A DNA stretch of 64,000 nt, from positions 620,001 through 684,000 of the forward strand of contig NW_026782024.1 of NCBI RefSeq assembly GCF_031769215.1, read 5' to 3'. Shown one piece after another: positions 61,609-64,000 of this stretch (within the stretch, counting starts at the first letter, position 1; every line of letters begins with the position of its first letter). The stretch is from Ylistrum balloti (Eukaryota). Below the pieces are notes generated by a model, which saw only the letters and a program-made list of their open reading frames with translations, had not been told where the DNA came from and did no database searches. A program made the position numbers and the translations under genes.

Positions 61609-63492
61609 ATGGCTGAGAGTGATGGACTCACAGATAGCCCTGCTAGTGTCGACGATCAGGCTAAAGCTGCCGAAGGAAAACTGCGTCTCATCAAAGAAAG
61701 TCTCAAGTTCTATGACTCTAAAGGTTTGAAAACTCTCATCCTTGAGGAGAAATTGTCAGACCAATCTATATACTGGGAAGTTGCTACACAACTAACCAAG
61801 CACCTGACAGCAGAAAATTTCGAAAAGTATACAGTGTTCTTTGAGTCTTGCCAGAGATGTCTGAACTATTTGATTAGAACTGGCAATGCTAAAGAACTGT
61901 TGTTAGCATTGTTGGAGCAAACAGACACCTTCAATGATGACATCAAGTGGAAAGCTCTTTTAGATGGAATACAACAGACCCTGCTGAAGCTGCCGTCAAA
62001 AAGATACCACTCATTGGACATCGCCTTGTCCACAATACATGCCCACATCAAAAGTCTGTCTGAGCCAACAGACCATGAGTTGGAGGGGGAGGAAAACAAA
62101 CTACTAGAACTGGACCCTGAGGTCCAGCGAATCACAGATGTCTTACTAAGCTTTCTTGCGTTTCTTGAACCTTTTGTGTCGGAAGTATCCCTAAATAACA
62201 CAACTGCAGACAGAGAGAAAGGCAAACATCAGATAGCAATGTTACGTAGAAATCTGCTTCTGATACTGAACCATCCTCTGGTCTTTTTGGATCTGGCTTT
62301 CTGTGAGAAGCAGCAAGAGAGGAAAGCTAAAGGATACGCTCGAATGTGTATCGAAAAAACCATGAACCTTCTCTGTGAATTATGTCCCAACCTGCTAAAA
62401 ACAATTACAGACTGTCTGGAAGATATACAACTATCAAAACTGAATATGAAAAAAAGTGTGAAAAAAAAGGAGGATGATGATAATGAGGAAAATTCTGATT
62501 TTGTTAATAATTGGGCAGAGTGTAAGGATGAAGGTTTGATTCCCCTTCCTAGTCTGGCCTGTCTGTCCTATCTGGTGTTGGTCGAGGGGCTTGGACAGGA
62601 ACGCTTCCCAGCCATTTACACGCATAAATATCTTCTGGAGTTTAATTTACAGTTTGTGTTACTGCTGTTTCAAAGACAGGAATCGTTGATTGTCAGTAAG
62701 GGTGTACGACTTCTGGAGGTCCTTACCCGAGGAATCACACCAGCAACATTCACCATGGAGGACCTGGATAATCCTAACTATACCAAGACCTTGAATTGTC
62801 TCATAACTGTCATGATCCGCTGTCCTGTGAAAGAGATTCGAGGAACAGCAGTTCAGATTTTTTCTATCTACATTAAAATGTTTACACTGCAAGCTCGTGT
62901 TCAGATATATGAGATGATTTTCAACACATGTTCTCATGCCGGGGTGATTGGGTACAGCATTCAGCTGGTGAAGGACCAAATAGACACTACATTGAAACAG
63001 GAAATCCCAGACACTACATTCCTGGGTCTAAATCTAAAACGAATGTTAAAGTTTGTGTCCCAACTTGAGGAAGGAGCGGAGTCTGATCTACTGGAGTCAT
63101 CAGATCGAGTCATTCCTACCCTGAACCTGATTCGATACCTAATTCTCCGGGATCCAATATCGGTCAATGTTACAGGGATATGGTCCTATTATGAAGACAT
63201 AGAGAAAGACTTCTTTGGTCCTTTGAGACTGGCCCTAGATTTTTCTAAAAGTCATTATAAATTAGAGTTGCAGAACTTCAGAGAAGGGAAAGCGACAGTG
63301 GAGAAAGGAATGGAGCTCGGTGTCGACATCAGTGTGGCGGGGATGCCCATGCCTAAGGTTCCACGCAGTCAGCAGATTCAGATTGTAGAGTCTGCACTCA
63401 ATACTTTTGACTTGATTGATAGTCTCCTCAGTAGGATTGTAGAGCTAGCTGATTTCCAGCTGAAAGCTGCAAAACATGATGCTAAATCCTGA
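61609..63492 (+). CDS. GLMN: Glomulin (FKBP-associated protein; RBX1/CRL inhibitor), 627 aa, single coding exon
   Basis: GNAKELLLALLE, FLEPFVSEV, MIRCPVKEIR, HAGVIGYSIQLVKDQI, ESDLLESSDRVIPTLNLIRYLILRD..N.TGIW, LDFSKSHYKLEL, SALNTFDLIDSLLSRI match the glomulin family; acceptor TTTTCTTGCAG| at 61552 in the 5' UTR; AATAAA at ~63578. Confidence 0.93.
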   Translation: MAESDGLTDSPASVDDQAKAAEGKLRLIKESLKFYDSKGLKTLILEEKLSDQSIYWEVATQLTKHLTAENFEKYTVFFESCQRCLNYLIRTGNAKELLLALLEQTDTFNDDIKWKALLDGIQQTLLKLPSKRYHSLDIALSTIHAHIKSLSEPTDHELEGEENKLLELDPEVQRITDVLLSFLAFLEPFVSEVSLNNTTADREKGKHQIAMLRRNLLLILNHPLVFLDLAFCEKQQERKAKGYARMCIEKTMNLLCELCPNLLKTITDCLEDIQLSKLNMKKSVKKKEDDDNEENSDFVNNWAECKDEGLIPLPSLACLSYLVLVEGLGQERFPAIYTHKYLLEFNLQFVLLLFQRQESLIVSKGVRLLEVLTRGITPATFTMEDLDNPNYTKTLNCLITVMIRCPVKEIRGTAVQIFSIYIKMFTLQARVQIYEMIFNTCSHAGVIGYSIQLVKDQIDTTLKQEIPDTTFLGLNLKRMLKFVSQLEEGAESDLLESSDRVIPTLNLIRYLILRDPISVNVTGIWSYYEDIEKDFFGPLRLALDFSKSHYKLELQNFREGKATVEKGMELGVDISVAGMPMPKVPRSQQIQIVESALNTFDLIDSLLSRIVELADFQLKAAKHDAKS

Positions 63493-64000
63493 ACAATCTA
63501 GACATACAAAAACTGACCAATGATTCTACTGGCAATTTTTACCTTTTTTCAAATTCATTTTGATCAAAAAAAGTAATAATAAAAATACTTAAGTCGAAAT
63601 ACATTGATTAGCTCTACAGCTTATAAATATGAAGTTAAAAACATGTACTGAACATGCACAGTAATGAAAGATTTGTAGAGTATAAAACCCTGACATTGCC
63701 TCATACATGTAAATGAACCACCTACGCACTTGTAATGTATTGTTGTCACTATATAAAGATTTTTCATTTAATATTGAGTAAATTATATATTTCATGATGA
63801 AATTGATCAGCCACTAGGTTAGCAATTACACCTTTACAGTAACAGATATCACTTCCTTATCAAAGTGATAAAATCACATTCTCAATGTAAGTCTGAAGAC
63901 TTCACTTCAGATTATGAAAACCATTTCTATATTAATGAATTAGGAAACCTGAATCAATCATTCAGATCACTGACTGGAATAAAACTCAGCATCCAATTAG

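Noticed and set aside
61866-63167. Minus-strand ORFs within GLMN
   Set aside because: Antisense shadows of a long coding sequence.

Overview
AT-rich eukaryotic (animal) genomic DNA with spliceosomal GT-AG introns. The repeat families and gene content suggest a mollusc, probably a bivalve (inference). Left to right: (1) the first six coding exons of an SLC6 Na+-dependent amino-acid transporter (minus strand, runs off the left edge). Its introns hold a decayed CR1/L2-type LINE, a Penelope-like RT fragment and a tandem ~397-bp repeat carrying two minimal type I hammerhead ribozymes (a retrozyme-like array). (2) An internally deleted Tc1 (DD34E) transposon 196 bp upstream of the SLC6 ATG. (3) A head-to-tail tandem duplication (unit A ~11068-33620, unit B ~33623-57987). 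Each unit contains a SUEL-lectin/transmembrane gene, a complete 10-exon M14A metallocarboxypeptidase (416 aa) with a degenerate hammerhead in intron 2, several VNTRs, and a CpG-rich promoter plus a 46-nt coding first exon (MAAPCARCRAVISNL). Unit B also has a 4.5-kb tyrosine-recombinase (DIRS/Ngaro-type) retroelement remnant with an SGNH hydrolase placed upstream of RH/YR. (4) An intronless glomulin (GLMN) CDS at the right end. Best leads: the hammerhead/retrozyme family with covarying palindromic helix III, the MAAPC first exon/GLMN relationship, the SGNH-first YR element, and the precisely mappable duplication junction. All exon and motif coordinates were read by eye; no database search was run.
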